Assembly (NCBI GenBank): GCA_965248355.1
Contig: OZ252098.1
Coordinates: 2,720,001-2,784,000 of the forward strand
Source of the DNA: Candidatus Latescibacterota bacterium
Lineage (GTDB): Bacteria; Latescibacterota; UBA2968; UBA8231
Reading direction: 5' to 3'
Length of the DNA: 64,000 nucleotides
The number at the start of each line of letters is the position of its first letter. The first letter of the stretch is position 1. Position numbers and translations under genes: made by a program. Shown here one piece after another: positions 32,379-42,018 of the stretch. The notes beneath the pieces were generated by a model. It saw only the letters and a list, made by a program, of their open reading frames with translations. It made no database searches and was not told the origin of the DNA.

Positions 32379-32711
32379 TCAGAGCCTCGCGCCGCGGATC
32401 ACCGTCTGCAGGGCCTCGAGGTGGCTCCGCAGGGCCCCGGCGCCCTTGTCGGTGAGGCGGTACCACGTGACCGGCTTGCGGTTCTCGAAGCGCTTGGAGA
32501 CGTCCAGGTAGCCCGCGTCCTCCAGCTTGCGCAGATGCGCCCCCATGTTGCCGTCCGTCTCCTTCAGGTGCCGCTTCAGGCTGGTGAAGGTCATGGCCTC
32601 CACGTCGGCCAGCAGCACGCAGGCCCCGAGCCGGCTGCGGTGCTCCAGCAGCTTGTCCAGCCGGACCAGCCCCTCGGAGGTGACCTCAGCCGGCTGTGAC
32701 GGCTTCTTCAT
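32379..32711 (-). CDS. Winged-helix transcriptional regulator (ArsR-like/HTH_34)
   Basis: LDKLLEHRSRL, TDGNMGAHLRKLEDAGY, KP.TWYRLT.KG. Confidence 0.88.
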   Translation of the reverse strand: MKKPSQPAEVTSEGLVRLDKLLEHRSRLGACVLLADVEAMTFTSLKRHLKETDGNMGAHLRKLEDAGYLDVSKRFENRKPVTWYRLTDKGAGALRSHLEALQTVIRGARL

Positions 32712-33270
32712 CCTTCGGCTTCATCCACAGGGCGCTGGCCACGAGAGCCGCGGAGGTGGCCAGGCCCACGGTGGTCCAGGGCCAGGGCTGGATGTGGTCG
32801 ACGGCGGCCGCCCCGCAGATGAGCAGGACCCCCGGCCAGAGGGTGCGCCGGTCCAGGTGCAGGCCGCCCAGGAAGAACACGGCGCCGGAGAGGAGGGCGA
32901 AGAGCTGGGCGATGACCCAGCCGTCCAACCGGTGAGCGACGGCGATGGAGATCACCGCCACGCCGCCGAAGAAGATGGTGCCCCAGTGCAGGGCGTGGCG
33001 GGCGCCCAGGCCCGGCCGGCGGAACCCCCGTTTTCTGTCCTCCCGAACGCCGAGGCCGAGGCTGATGAGGAAACCAGCCACCGGGGCGGTCATCCAGAAC
33101 AGGGGGGCGTACTCCATGGCGAAGTCGTTCAGGGCGTATCCGACGCTGAGGATCACCGCCCACAGGATGATGATGGCCAGCGAGCGGTATTCGCCCTTCT
33201 CCCGCTGCTCCACCGCCTGGCGGACGAAGGACACGTCCTCTTCGAGCTTCTGGGTCACTTCGGGGTCCAT
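32686..33270 (-). CDS. Integral membrane protein (about 6 TM)
   Basis: Multiple hydrophobic helices; GGAG RBS; first gene of the operon. Confidence 0.8.
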   Translation of the reverse strand: MDPEVTQKLEEDVSFVRQAVEQREKGEYRSLAIIILWAVILSVGYALNDFAMEYAPLFWMTAPVAGFLISLGLGVREDRKRGFRRPGLGARHALHWGTIFFGGVAVISIAVAHRLDGWVIAQLFALLSGAVFFLGGLHLDRRTLWPGVLLICGAAAVDHIQPWPWTTVGLATSAALVASALWMKPKDEEAVTAG

Positions 33271-33324
33271 GGGAGTCTCCTTGCGCGGCGCTCCACCGCG
33301 AGAAACGGGGGGGGCGATTGAGTT

Positions 33325-33364
33325 AGAGTACTCTGAAAAATAGAGTTAATGAGGCTCATGTCAA
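33325..33364 (-). promoter_or_regulatory. Sigma70-like promoter with overlapping palindromic operator
   Basis: Minus-strand TTGACA (33364-33359), 16 nt, TATTTT; inverted repeat ACTCT-N7-AGAGT at 33330-33346. Confidence 0.55.
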
Positions 33365-33446
33365 CCCTTATTTTTCCAGGGATTTCCCTGGGTCGGGAGA
33401 CCATCGGGGGGATCTCACATGACCACCCTCACACCGGGAGGATCTC

Positions 33447-33959
33447 ATGTCCAATACATCAGTACGGATACCGGCGCTGGCGATTCTCGCGCTGCTGCTG
33501 TCCGTGAACGCGGGTCTGGCCCTGCCTGTGCCGCCCGAGACGGTGGTGGCCGAGCCATTCACCCCGGAGGGGGATCAGGGCGACCAGAGCGGCTTCGTCC
33601 TGCTGACCTGGGATGCGGTGGAGGGAGCGGACGGCTACCGGATCTACCGCGAGATACAGGTCAGTGTGGGCCTCGATGAACAGGGCAACGTGGTTGAGCT
33701 GGATACCCCCAGGTATGCCCTCGTGCCGTGGGGCCGCATCGACCCTCAGCCTGGGGAGTCTGTCGTCAGGGCCGTCGTCGCCATGCTCGACGGGGATACG
33801 AACACCCTGTGGGCGGTCACGACGGTGCAGAATACCGATGATGGACCGGTGGAGTCCGAGCCCCGCTACTTCCAGGTGCAGGTGGAGGGGGTCGGGACGG
33901 GGGTGCAGGCGCGCAGTTGGGGGGATTTGAAACAGTTGCCGAGGAAAGGTGCAAGATGA
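33447..33959 (+). CDS. Secreted protein, FN3-like strands, C-terminal 'TGVQARSWGDLK' tail
   Basis: Signal peptide; LTWDAVEGADGYRIYR; terminal SWG motif. Confidence 0.7.
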   Translation: MSNTSVRIPALAILALLLSVNAGLALPVPPETVVAEPFTPEGDQGDQSGFVLLTWDAVEGADGYRIYREIQVSVGLDEQGNVVELDTPRYALVPWGRIDPQPGESVVRAVVAMLDGDTNTLWAVTTVQNTDDGPVESEPRYFQVQVEGVGTGVQARSWGDLKQLPRKGAR

Positions 33960-34597
33960 CGGAACAGCCCGCTCCGTACCCCGTCCGGTTCTCGATCGAC
34001 TACCCCGAGTCCAGCCGGAGACTCACGGCCTTTTTCAGGCTCGTCCTGGCGATCCCGATCCTCATCCTCCTCAGCCTGGTGAGCGGGGCCGCCCCCACCG
34101 GGGATACGACCGAATACCAGGGGATGACCCTCCTCGTCGCAGGCGGGCTGTTGTGGCTCCCCCCGATGCTGATGATCCTGTTCCGCCGGAAGTACCCGCG
34201 CTGGTGGTTCGACTGGAACCTGGAGCTGCTCCGCTTCGTGACCCGAGTCGAGGCCTACCTGATGCTGCTGCGCGACGACTACCCCTCCACCGACGAGCGG
34301 CAGGGGGTCCACATCGACGTCCCATACCCGGACGTGGAAGGCGAGTTGAACCGGTTCCTGCCGCTGGTCAAGTGGATCCTGGCGATCCCGCACTACATCG
34401 TCCTGGCGATCATCGGAAGCCTGGCTTTCCTGGTGACCATCATCGCCTGGTTCGCGATCCTGATCGTCGGCCGCTACCCGCGGGAGCTGTTCCTGTTCGT
34501 GGAAGGGACGCTGCGCTGGGGCATGCGGGTCACGGCCTACGCCTTCCTGCTCACCACCGACAGGTACCCGCCCTTCCGCTTCGGCTCCGATCCCTGA
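33956..34597 (+). CDS. DUF4389 membrane protein
   Basis: Two repeats 'RLVLAIP...YPRW...D.YP' and 'KWILAIPHY...GRYP...TDRYPPF'. Confidence 0.85.
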   Translation: MTEQPAPYPVRFSIDYPESSRRLTAFFRLVLAIPILILLSLVSGAAPTGDTTEYQGMTLLVAGGLLWLPPMLMILFRRKYPRWWFDWNLELLRFVTRVEAYLMLLRDDYPSTDERQGVHIDVPYPDVEGELNRFLPLVKWILAIPHYIVLAIIGSLAFLVTIIAWFAILIVGRYPRELFLFVEGTLRWGMRVTAYAFLLTTDRYPPFRFGSDP

Positions 34598-34599
34598 CG

Positions 34600-34617
34600 A
34601 GGCCCCGAGTGGGGCCT
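34600..34617. terminator. GC hairpin after the DUF4389 gene
   Basis: AGGCCCC-GAGT-GGGGCCT; no clear U-tract. Confidence 0.4.
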
Positions 34618-34634
34618 GAATTCATACTTCGTAC

Positions 34635-34986
34635 ATGCGATTCCATGAATTCGTCGAGGATCAGGTGCTTTCCCCGACGCTTGTCGCCGAGGCTCTTCGT
34701 ACCACCAAATCGGAGATCGCCGGCACACTGGGTCTCACAAAAGAGGCGTTTACACGCGCATCATGGGTCAGGGCGCGCAAGACCCAGGTCCGTCTGCGGC
34801 AGATGCTGGAGATCCTGAATCGCGTCGAGGATGCGACCGGATCGCCACTCGCCGCCTATGCCTGGTTCCGCGCCGCACCGCTGCCCGGCTTCGGGGGCAC
34901 CACGCCGAATCAGTTGCCTGCGCGAAGGCAGGGCCGACCACATGCATGCCTATCTCGACCGGATCATGACCGGCGGCTTTGCCTGA
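34635..34986 (+). pseudogene. Xre/MbcA/ParS-type antitoxin, frameshifted near 34917, no toxin partner
   Basis: AYAWFRAAPLPGFGGTTP.QL; removing one C gives LREGRADHMHAYLDRIMTGGFA*. Confidence 0.8.
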
Positions 34987-35116
34987 GTGACCTTGGATCT
35001 GCCTGGCGCACCATCCCCAGTCGTACCTCACACCCTGTCCAACCAGAACGCCTGTCGCCACTGGGACGCATCACCTCAGTGTTTGTCGGATTGCACCCTA
35101 ACTGGCGAGACGCACG

Positions 35117-36022
35117 ATGGAGTACCCGCGCTTTCGCGACTACGTTACTGAACTCAAACGGGGCGAGGTGTACGGAATTTTCGTCGACGACACTGGCTCT
35201 CCCGGCATCCAAGGCGCGCCGGCGAATTTCCATCCCGAACGCAAGACGTGGGTCGCAGTAGTCATTCCGCCATGGCAAATCGGCGAAATGATGGAACAAT
35301 TGCCGTCGGCGTTGGACGAACTCCACAAGACTGTGGGAGCAGATGAACTCCACTTTACGGAGATCTACTCAGGTAAGAAGGAATTCAAGAACGTAGATCT
35401 TCAGGTACGGCTTGGTTTATTCGAGTTCATGTCCTTCATATTCTCCGCCTACAACTTTCCTATTATTGTCCAGACGTTTGATCCTAAGACTCTTGCCGAC
35501 GTTCGATCGCGAAGTAAGGGGCGACTCCCTGAAGCGATTCCACCCCTTCGACCTCACTCAGTGCAACGACTTGGCGTTGTTCTATCTTCTCCTCAGACTT
35601 CGGTTCTACATGCAGGACACTACAACGTTCCCTAGCACAAAAGCACGCGTTTTTGTCGATCAAGGCTTCAAGAAAAACGGAATCGCAATCCGAATCCACC
35701 ATTTGATGACGCATTTGCGGACGGCCAGATCTGTTTCGCGCAATCATCGAGTATACTCCCAATTCAACTCGCCGACTTTGCTGCGTTTTCGTTGAATCGT
35801 ATCCAGTTGATTGCTGGCAAGGAGCAACGCAGTTCTCTTGACTTGCGACTGCTTGACATTCTGTCATCTATTGCGTTCAACTACGTTAACCTTGAACAGA
35901 AGGCCGCACCTGTGGATCAACCAGGGCCATTTCTTACCCTTTCGGACACTCGTCCACATGGGCCACCTCAACCCATTGCTACCAGAAAGGACCGATGCCA
36001 TGAGTGTGATTCGGGCGAATGA
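35117..36022 (+). pseudogene. DUF3800-family protein with two compensating frameshifts
   Basis: IFVDDTG, ELHF, FVDQG, IQLADFAAF motifs spread over shifted frames (~35545 and ~35697). Confidence 0.7.
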
Positions 36023-36340
36023 CCTGTTTAGGATTGAGGATGCACGCCTTTACAAATTCCATGCAGCTAGGTGGAATAGGATAGAAATGCCCCTAGATGT
36101 ATTTGTCCGCAGTAATGAGGAATGGTTTGGGTGGAACACCTGGCGGAATCCACGAAATGAGTTCAACCGACAATACATTTTCTCGCTGATGGACTTCTAT
36201 CACGACCACAATACCTGGCTGTTTGGTGGCATCTTTGAAGTAGTGGGTCGAGGGACAGAGGTCAATAGTCACAGCTACCGGATTGAAGAGGTCCAAGACT
36301 ACCGCCCATATGTTGGTAGACTCAAGAGTGGGTTGAAAAA

Positions 36341-37765
36341 GGGCAAGTCCCATTTTCAGTTGAAACGTAGCCCAGGCTCGAGTGGATGAGTCAGCCCGTC
36401 ATCGCGAGCTGTTTGAGGCCGAGTTCGGCTTGGAGCGCTTGTCGGAGCATCGGCAGGTGGTGGTAACCGTTGATCCGGCGCAGGCGAGGTTCGATGTCGA
36501 GCAACGCCGTGGCGACCCAGCGGTGACGCTGCGACGAGTTGGTCCAGCGCCGCACGTTGTGCGTCAACTGCTCCAGGAGACTGTTGACGTTCTCGATACA
36601 GTTGGTGGTACGGAAGGAGGCCTTCAGCATCGGCATCAGGCCCAGGCGGTGGAGCGTGAGGGTTTCTTCCTGGCCTTCCTCCAAGCTGCGCAGGGCCGAC
36701 TGGTTCATCAACTGCAACCCCGGTTTCAGCGCCTCCAGGGCGGCTTGGGCCTCCTCGTACGTCGAGTGCCCATACGCCGCTTCCAGCTTTCGACGAACGC
36801 CGGCCTGCTCGCTCTTGGGCAGGTACGAGACCACGTTCTGGCGCTTGTGATACTGGCATCGCTGCACGCAGGCATGGCCTTGAAGCACCGACCGCACCGC
36901 CTTGTACAGGCCCTTGCCTCCATCGATCACCACGAGCAGCCCGGCTTCGTATTGCAGGCCCCGCTCGACCAGCTCCGCCAGGAAGCGGCGACAGACGCGC
37001 TCGTTCTCGGTGGCCGCCTGCACGAAACCCAGAGGGATCTTGTGTCCTTCCACAGTGACGCCCAGGGCGATGAGGATTTCCTCGTCGGCGAAGCTCTTGC
37101 CGTCCAGAAACAGCGCCACCAGGTCGTAGCCTTCCAAGGATCGCTGCTGGAATTCGGCCAGCTTGCGCGCCGTGCCTTTCACATACCGGCGAGAGACCGA
37201 GGAACGGGACAGACCGAAGGCTTGCGGGACGGTCTCGGCGCAGGCCTCGTAGTTGCGCGTGGCCAGGCCCTTCAGCACCCGCAACAACAGCCCCTGATCC
37301 ATCTGCCTCGGCGTCTGCAGGGCCTGGTAGGCCTCCAGCGGGACCTCGGTGCCGCGGACCACATCGCGCACGCGCGGCACCTCGACCGGCAGTTTCTGAT
37401 CGCCCAGGTACACCGACCCGGCCTGCGCTCCCCAGCGGCGCAACGGCTGATCCGGCCCCTTGCGCTGATACCGAGGTCCGGCCAGGGCCTCCACGCCCCG
37501 TCGCAGCTCCTCCCCAACCGCCTGCAGCCCCAGGGGGATCAGCAGCTGGATGATCTCGATGCGAGTCTCCAGATCGTCCATCGACGCGGTGGCTTGGCGG
37601 TTCACGGGGCCGATGGTCACGGTCCGTTTGACGCCCCTTTTCCGTGCTTGTAGCTTGCTCATGGCAGGCTCCTTGGGTTACCGAATACGAGGCTTCTTGG
37701 CGATTTCTCGTATCAAACGTAACGATGGGAGCCTGTGTTATTTCAACTAAGATCGGGACAATGCC
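36341..37765 (-). mobile_element. IS256-family insertion sequence
   Basis: Imperfect 25-bp terminal inverted repeats ending AGTTGAAA; 8-bp TSD TTGAAAAA at 36333-36340 and 37766-37773. Confidence 0.92.
36391..37662 (-). CDS. IS256 (Mutator) family DDE transposase
   Basis: VEVPRVR, LFLDG, VIDGGKGL, QRCQYHK, RTTNCIENVNS. Confidence 0.93.
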   Translation of the reverse strand: MSKLQARKRGVKRTVTIGPVNRQATASMDDLETRIEIIQLLIPLGLQAVGEELRRGVEALAGPRYQRKGPDQPLRRWGAQAGSVYLGDQKLPVEVPRVRDVVRGTEVPLEAYQALQTPRQMDQGLLLRVLKGLATRNYEACAETVPQAFGLSRSSVSRRYVKGTARKLAEFQQRSLEGYDLVALFLDGKSFADEEILIALGVTVEGHKIPLGFVQAATENERVCRRFLAELVERGLQYEAGLLVVIDGGKGLYKAVRSVLQGHACVQRCQYHKRQNVVSYLPKSEQAGVRRKLEAAYGHSTYEEAQAALEALKPGLQLMNQSALRSLEEGQEETLTLHRLGLMPMLKASFRTTNCIENVNSLLEQLTHNVRRWTNSSQRHRWVATALLDIEPRLRRINGYHHLPMLRQALQAELGLKQLAMTG

Positions 37766-38353
37766 TTGAAAAAGCCGCCTAGGGGTAGGGCCTTTCGATT
37801 GGAAAAGTACATAAAGGACATGGTGGTCTCTGAAATCCTACAGCGACCGTATTCCGGGGAGGCCTTTCCAGGATATGAGTGCATCAATCATGATTTCTCC
37901 TCACTTCGCACGGTGTTCGAGACAGAGAGACCAGATTGGAAGGCGGCCCTCCAGAATGTGAAAGGCGTCTATGTGATAACTGATAGGGCCAACGGAAAGA
38001 GGTATGTGGGCTCGGCATACGGTGATTCTGGCATCTGGGCACGATGGAGTTGCTACATCGGTACAGGACATGGTTGGAATGATGAACTGACGACGTTGAT
38101 AGGGCAGAAGGGCGAAGCATACGCCGTGAAGAACTTCCAGATGTCGCTGCTCGAATATCGGCCGATGAAGACGGATGACAGTGCTATCCTCGAGAGGGAG
38201 GGATTCTGGAAAGAGGTGATGATCTCAAGAGGGAAGTATGGCTACAACAAGAACTAGACGCAGCCAACAAGGTAGTGAGCAGGACGTGCCGAGGAACACA
38301 CTATTGCTCTGGGTAGGCAGGAACCGAACCCGGACGTGGTATAGCTCCCGCCC

Positions 38354-40915
38354 CTACTCCCGCGCCTCCGGGAACTGCTCGTACAGCAGATTGAAGGCCG
38401 CCGGCGTTCCGCACACGTACAGGGCGTCCGCGTCGGACAGCGCCGACGGCGGGATATCCAGCTGCACCTCGCCCCCCCTCTCGACGGCGACCACCGAGCA
38501 GCCGGTGCGCTCGCGGATGCGGGCCTCGACGGGACGGCCGCCGAAGCGCCGGGCGGGCATCTTCACCAGCTTGATGCGCGGCTGGTGCGAGATCGCCTCG
38601 CCGAGGACGTGGTGGGCGAGGATCTGTCCGGCCACCTGGCTCACCGAGAGGGCGAAGTCGGCGCCGGCCTGCTGGATGCGTCCCACGTTCTCCACCAGTG
38701 ACACGGCGGCGATGAGGGGCACCTCGGGGGCGTAGTCGCGCACGACTGTCGTGGCCAGCAGCGTGGCGCTGTCGGTCTCGTGGGACAGGCTCACGGCGCG
38801 GGCCCCGGCGATGGGGGTGCGCTCGAGCACGTCCCGGTCGAGGATGTCGCCGGCCAGGTCCACCCCCTCGCCGCCGGCCGGGTCGACGACGAAGGTCGGC
38901 TCGCCGGCGCTGCGCAGGATCTCCACCAGCTTCGCCCGCACGTCGCCCGAACCCACGACGACCAGCGGCCCCTCCTCGGTGATGGGCCGCACCCAGTCGT
39001 CGAGGCGGCGGATGCTCTCCGGCGAGCCGGCGGCCACCAGGATCGATCCCGGCTGCAGGGTCTCGTCGGCTGCCGGGGGCGAGTGCAGGGAGTCATCCTT
39101 CCACTGGCCGACGATCTGGGCGCCGGTGCGGGATCTCAGCTCGCTGCCGGCCAGGGTCTGCCCTGCGAGGGGACTGGCGTCGTGCACCCGGATCTCGGCC
39201 ACCTCCAGCAGGTGGCCCAGGGGCTCGACGCCGGCCACGCGGGGGCCGATGCGGGCGCTGGCGCGCACGGCGAGGACGGCGGCCAGGGCGTGGTTCGGGG
39301 TGAAGGCGGCGCTGGCCCCGGCCAGCGTCATCGCCGCCCGCCGGGTGGGCTCGTCGATCAGGGCGACGATGGGGCCCCGGAACCCCTGCTCGCGGGCCCC
39401 CAGGGAGAACAGGGCGTTGCGGTCGTCCTCGCCGTTGGCCACCAGGGCCTGAGCCCCGGCCAGCCGCCGCAGGTCCAGCTCCTCCTCGGCCAGCGAGGCG
39501 TGCACGACCCGGTCTCCCCGCGCCAGCAGCCGGCGGGCCACGGCCTCGTCCTCCTCGACCACCACCGCCGGGCGCCCGCGGCTCTGCAGCTCCTTGATCA
39601 GGCCCTCCACCTCGGGGCCGTACCCGTAGATGACGACGCCTCCCTCCACGTCGGGCAGGCGGCGCGGCAGCTGGCCGGTGAAGCGCTCCTCAACCAGAGG
39701 GTCGCGGAACTTGTCGATCTGGAAGACGCCGCGGGTGGCGTCCTGCTGGCGCGCGGCCCGGCCCTGGAGGAGCACGGCGCAGCCCTTGAGAGCCATGGGG
39801 GTGAACAGGTTGAGCAGGAAGGCGGTGAAGATGAGGGTGGTGAACACGGCCTGGTCGATGGCGCCCCGGCTCAGGGCCAGCGCGGCGAGGATGAAGGCCA
39901 TCTCGGCGCGGCCGCACATGCCCACGCCCACGGTGAGGGCCTCGCGGAAGGGCAGGCCCATGCGCAGGGCCATGCCCCCGGCGCCGAGGATCTGGCCGGC
40001 GATGATGAGGCTGGTGAGCAGGAGGATGAACCCCACCTGCGAGGCGCTGATGTCGAAGGTGATGGAGAACCCGAGGGAGATGAAGAAGATCGGCCCCAGG
40101 AAGGAGTAGGCGATGCCGTAGGCGCGGTCGTTGACGACACGCACCAGGTTGGGGTGGGCCACCTTCTCCTCGAAGAACAGGCCCGCCAGGTAGGCGCCGA
40201 GGATCATGTGCAGGCCGATGGCCTCGGCGAAGAGGCCGGCCCCGAAGGCGGTGACCAGGACGAAGGTGAAGCCCTTGCCGCCCTCGGAGCGGAAGGGCAG
40301 GCGCAGGCGGGGATAGACCCAGGTGGCCAGCCCCAGGCTGGCGGCGAAGAAGCCCACCACCTTGCCCAGGTTGACGAGGATGGCCATGGGCTCGAAGGTG
40401 CCGCCCGTGAGCAGGCCGATGACGAGGCCGAAGAACACCATCGTCAGCAGGTTGTCGAGGACGCAGCTGGCGATGACGACGCGGGCCACGCGGGTGTTGG
40501 CCAGGCCCAGGTCGCGCAGGCTCTTGAGGGTGATGACCACGGCCGTGGCCGCCATCGTCAGGCCCACGAAGGTGGCGCCCACGTAGTCGAGGCCGAAGGC
40601 CAGGGCCAGGCCGAAGGCGACGCCGAAGGGAACGATGGCCCCCACCACGGCCACGCCCATGGAGCGTTTGAGGGCGTCGAAGAACTCGTTCGGCTGGGTC
40701 TCCACGCCGGCGTGGAACATGAGGAAGAAGATGCCGATCTCGGCCAGCAGCTGGATGGCCTCGCCGGGCTCGATCAGCCCGAGCACCGCCGGCCCCAGGA
40801 CGACGCCGACGATCAGCTCCCCCATCACCGTGGGCAGCCCGAGGGGGCGCAGGGTGACGGCCACCAGCCAGATGCCGGCCAGCAGAATCAGCAGATCGGA
40901 GGCGATGTCGTGCAT
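38354..40915 (-). CDS. Cation:proton antiporter (CPA2) fused to tandem TrkA_N/TrkA_C (RCK) domains
   Basis: GELIVGVVLGP, GIFFLMFHAGVET, ILGAYLAGL, PIFFISLG, RAE; GYGPEV and GSGDV Rossmann motifs, each followed by a TrkA_C-like segment. Confidence 0.85.
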   Translation of the reverse strand: MHDIASDLLILLAGIWLVAVTLRPLGLPTVMGELIVGVVLGPAVLGLIEPGEAIQLLAEIGIFFLMFHAGVETQPNEFFDALKRSMGVAVVGAIVPFGVAFGLALAFGLDYVGATFVGLTMAATAVVITLKSLRDLGLANTRVARVVIASCVLDNLLTMVFFGLVIGLLTGGTFEPMAILVNLGKVVGFFAASLGLATWVYPRLRLPFRSEGGKGFTFVLVTAFGAGLFAEAIGLHMILGAYLAGLFFEEKVAHPNLVRVVNDRAYGIAYSFLGPIFFISLGFSITFDISASQVGFILLLTSLIIAGQILGAGGMALRMGLPFREALTVGVGMCGRAEMAFILAALALSRGAIDQAVFTTLIFTAFLLNLFTPMALKGCAVLLQGRAARQQDATRGVFQIDKFRDPLVEERFTGQLPRRLPDVEGGVVIYGYGPEVEGLIKELQSRGRPAVVVEEDEAVARRLLARGDRVVHASLAEEELDLRRLAGAQALVANGEDDRNALFSLGAREQGFRGPIVALIDEPTRRAAMTLAGASAAFTPNHALAAVLAVRASARIGPRVAGVEPLGHLLEVAEIRVHDASPLAGQTLAGSELRSRTGAQIVGQWKDDSLHSPPAADETLQPGSILVAAGSPESIRRLDDWVRPITEEGPLVVVGSGDVRAKLVEILRSAGEPTFVVDPAGGEGVDLAGDILDRDVLERTPIAGARAVSLSHETDSATLLATTVVRDYAPEVPLIAAVSLVENVGRIQQAGADFALSVSQVAGQILAHHVLGEAISHQPRIKLVKMPARRFGGRPVEARIRERTGCSVVAVERGGEVQLDIPPSALSDADALYVCGTPAAFNLLYEQFPEARE

Positions 40916-40923
40916 GCCGGGTG

Positions 40924-42018
40924 CTACCGGAACCAGTCGTAGTTCAGGCCGAGGGAGCGGTCCGCCAGGGGCAGGTCCACGCGCTGCCCGCCGCGGGCCG
41001 AGGACAGCTTGAGGGCGATCTCCACCTCCAGGGCCGCGGCCACCCGCCGGCCCGAGTTCTTGGGCTCGTCCAGGCGGCCGGCGATGCAGTCCATGACGTC
41101 GTTGAGGGAGTAGATCCCGCCGTAGGGCGGCACGAACTGCGGCTTCGGCCACGGCATGGGCGTGCGCCGAACGCCGTCGTCCACCTCCACGTCCTGCGTC
41201 CGCCGCCAGCCCTCCACGAAGTCGAACCACATCTCGCCGCGGCCGCCGGTGAGCCGCACCCCGGGGGCGCCCCGGCGGAAGTGCACGGTGAGGCCGTCCT
41301 CGCAGACCATCAGCCCCTGGCCGGTGAACTCGTCGCTGCCCGACGCGCGTCTCGGCTGGTCGCCGGTGCCGGTCACCCAGGCGGGGCGGCTGTCCAGGAA
41401 GTAGGACCAGTTCTGGTGCTGGGCGCCGGGACCGGAGGCCTCGATGGAGATCAGCTCGCCCAGGGCCCCGTCCCGCAGCAGCTGGCGGGCTCGCTCGAAG
41501 GAGGGATGGGTGGTGGTGATGGAGCCGCAGCTCAGGGGCGCGGCGGCGGCGGCGCAGACGCTCACCATGCGGTCCGCCTCCTCCAGGGTGTGGGCCATGG
41601 GCTTCTCGGTGAAGATGCCCTTCGCCCCGCACTCGACGGCCAGGCAGGTGAGGTCGGCCCGGTGCTTGGTGTTGGTGGCGATGGCGACGATGTCGGGCCG
41701 CTCGGCGCGCAGCATCTCCCCGGCATCGGTGTAGAGGGCGTGCACGTCGTAGCGCTCGGAGAACGCCCGCAGGCGCTTGCGGTCGCGCTCGGCGGCGGCC
41801 ACCAGCTCGATCTCGGGCCGGTCGTGCAGGGCCTCGGCGTAGGAGGTGGGCAGGCCCTCGGTGCCGGGGTGGGTGTGGTGGTGGAACCGCCGGTGCAGGT
41901 CCAGCTCCGGCGTCGGGCGGTCGATGTCGTCGACGTTCCAGGTGCCCATGCGCTGGGCCAGGTCGTAGAGCATGCCCATCCAGCCCAGTCCGATGATGGC
42001 GCCGCGATACTCGGTCAT
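40924..42018 (-). CDS. Gfo/Idh/MocA family oxidoreductase
   Basis: IIGLGWMG, RPDIVAIAT, IFTEKPMA. Confidence 0.9.
   Translation of the reverse strand: MTEYRGAIIGLGWMGMLYDLAQRMGTWNVDDIDRPTPELDLHRRFHHHTHPGTEGLPTSYAEALHDRPEIELVAAAERDRKRLRAFSERYDVHALYTDAGEMLRAERPDIVAIATNTKHRADLTCLAVECGAKGIFTEKPMAHTLEEADRMVSVCAAAAAPLSCGSITTTHPSFERARQLLRDGALGELISIEASGPGAQHQNWSYFLDSRPAWVTGTGDQPRRASGSDEFTGQGLMVCEDGLTVHFRRGAPGVRLTGGRGEMWFDFVEGWRRTQDVEVDDGVRRTPMPWPKPQFVPPYGGIYSLNDVMDCIAGRLDEPKNSGRRVAAALEVEIALKLSSARGGQRVDLPLADRSLGLNYDWFR

Larger units (their letters stand above)
36000..38257 (+). pseudogene. GIY-YIG nuclease gene interrupted by IS256 (5' part 36000-36340, 3' part 37766-38257)
   Basis: Removing the IS and one TSD restores ...GRLKSGLKKPPRGR...; KGVYVITD..NGKRYVGSAYG..GIW.RW. 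Confidence 0.9.

Noticed and set aside
36382..37653. 423-aa plus-strand ORF within the IS
   Set aside because: Antisense shadow of the transposase.
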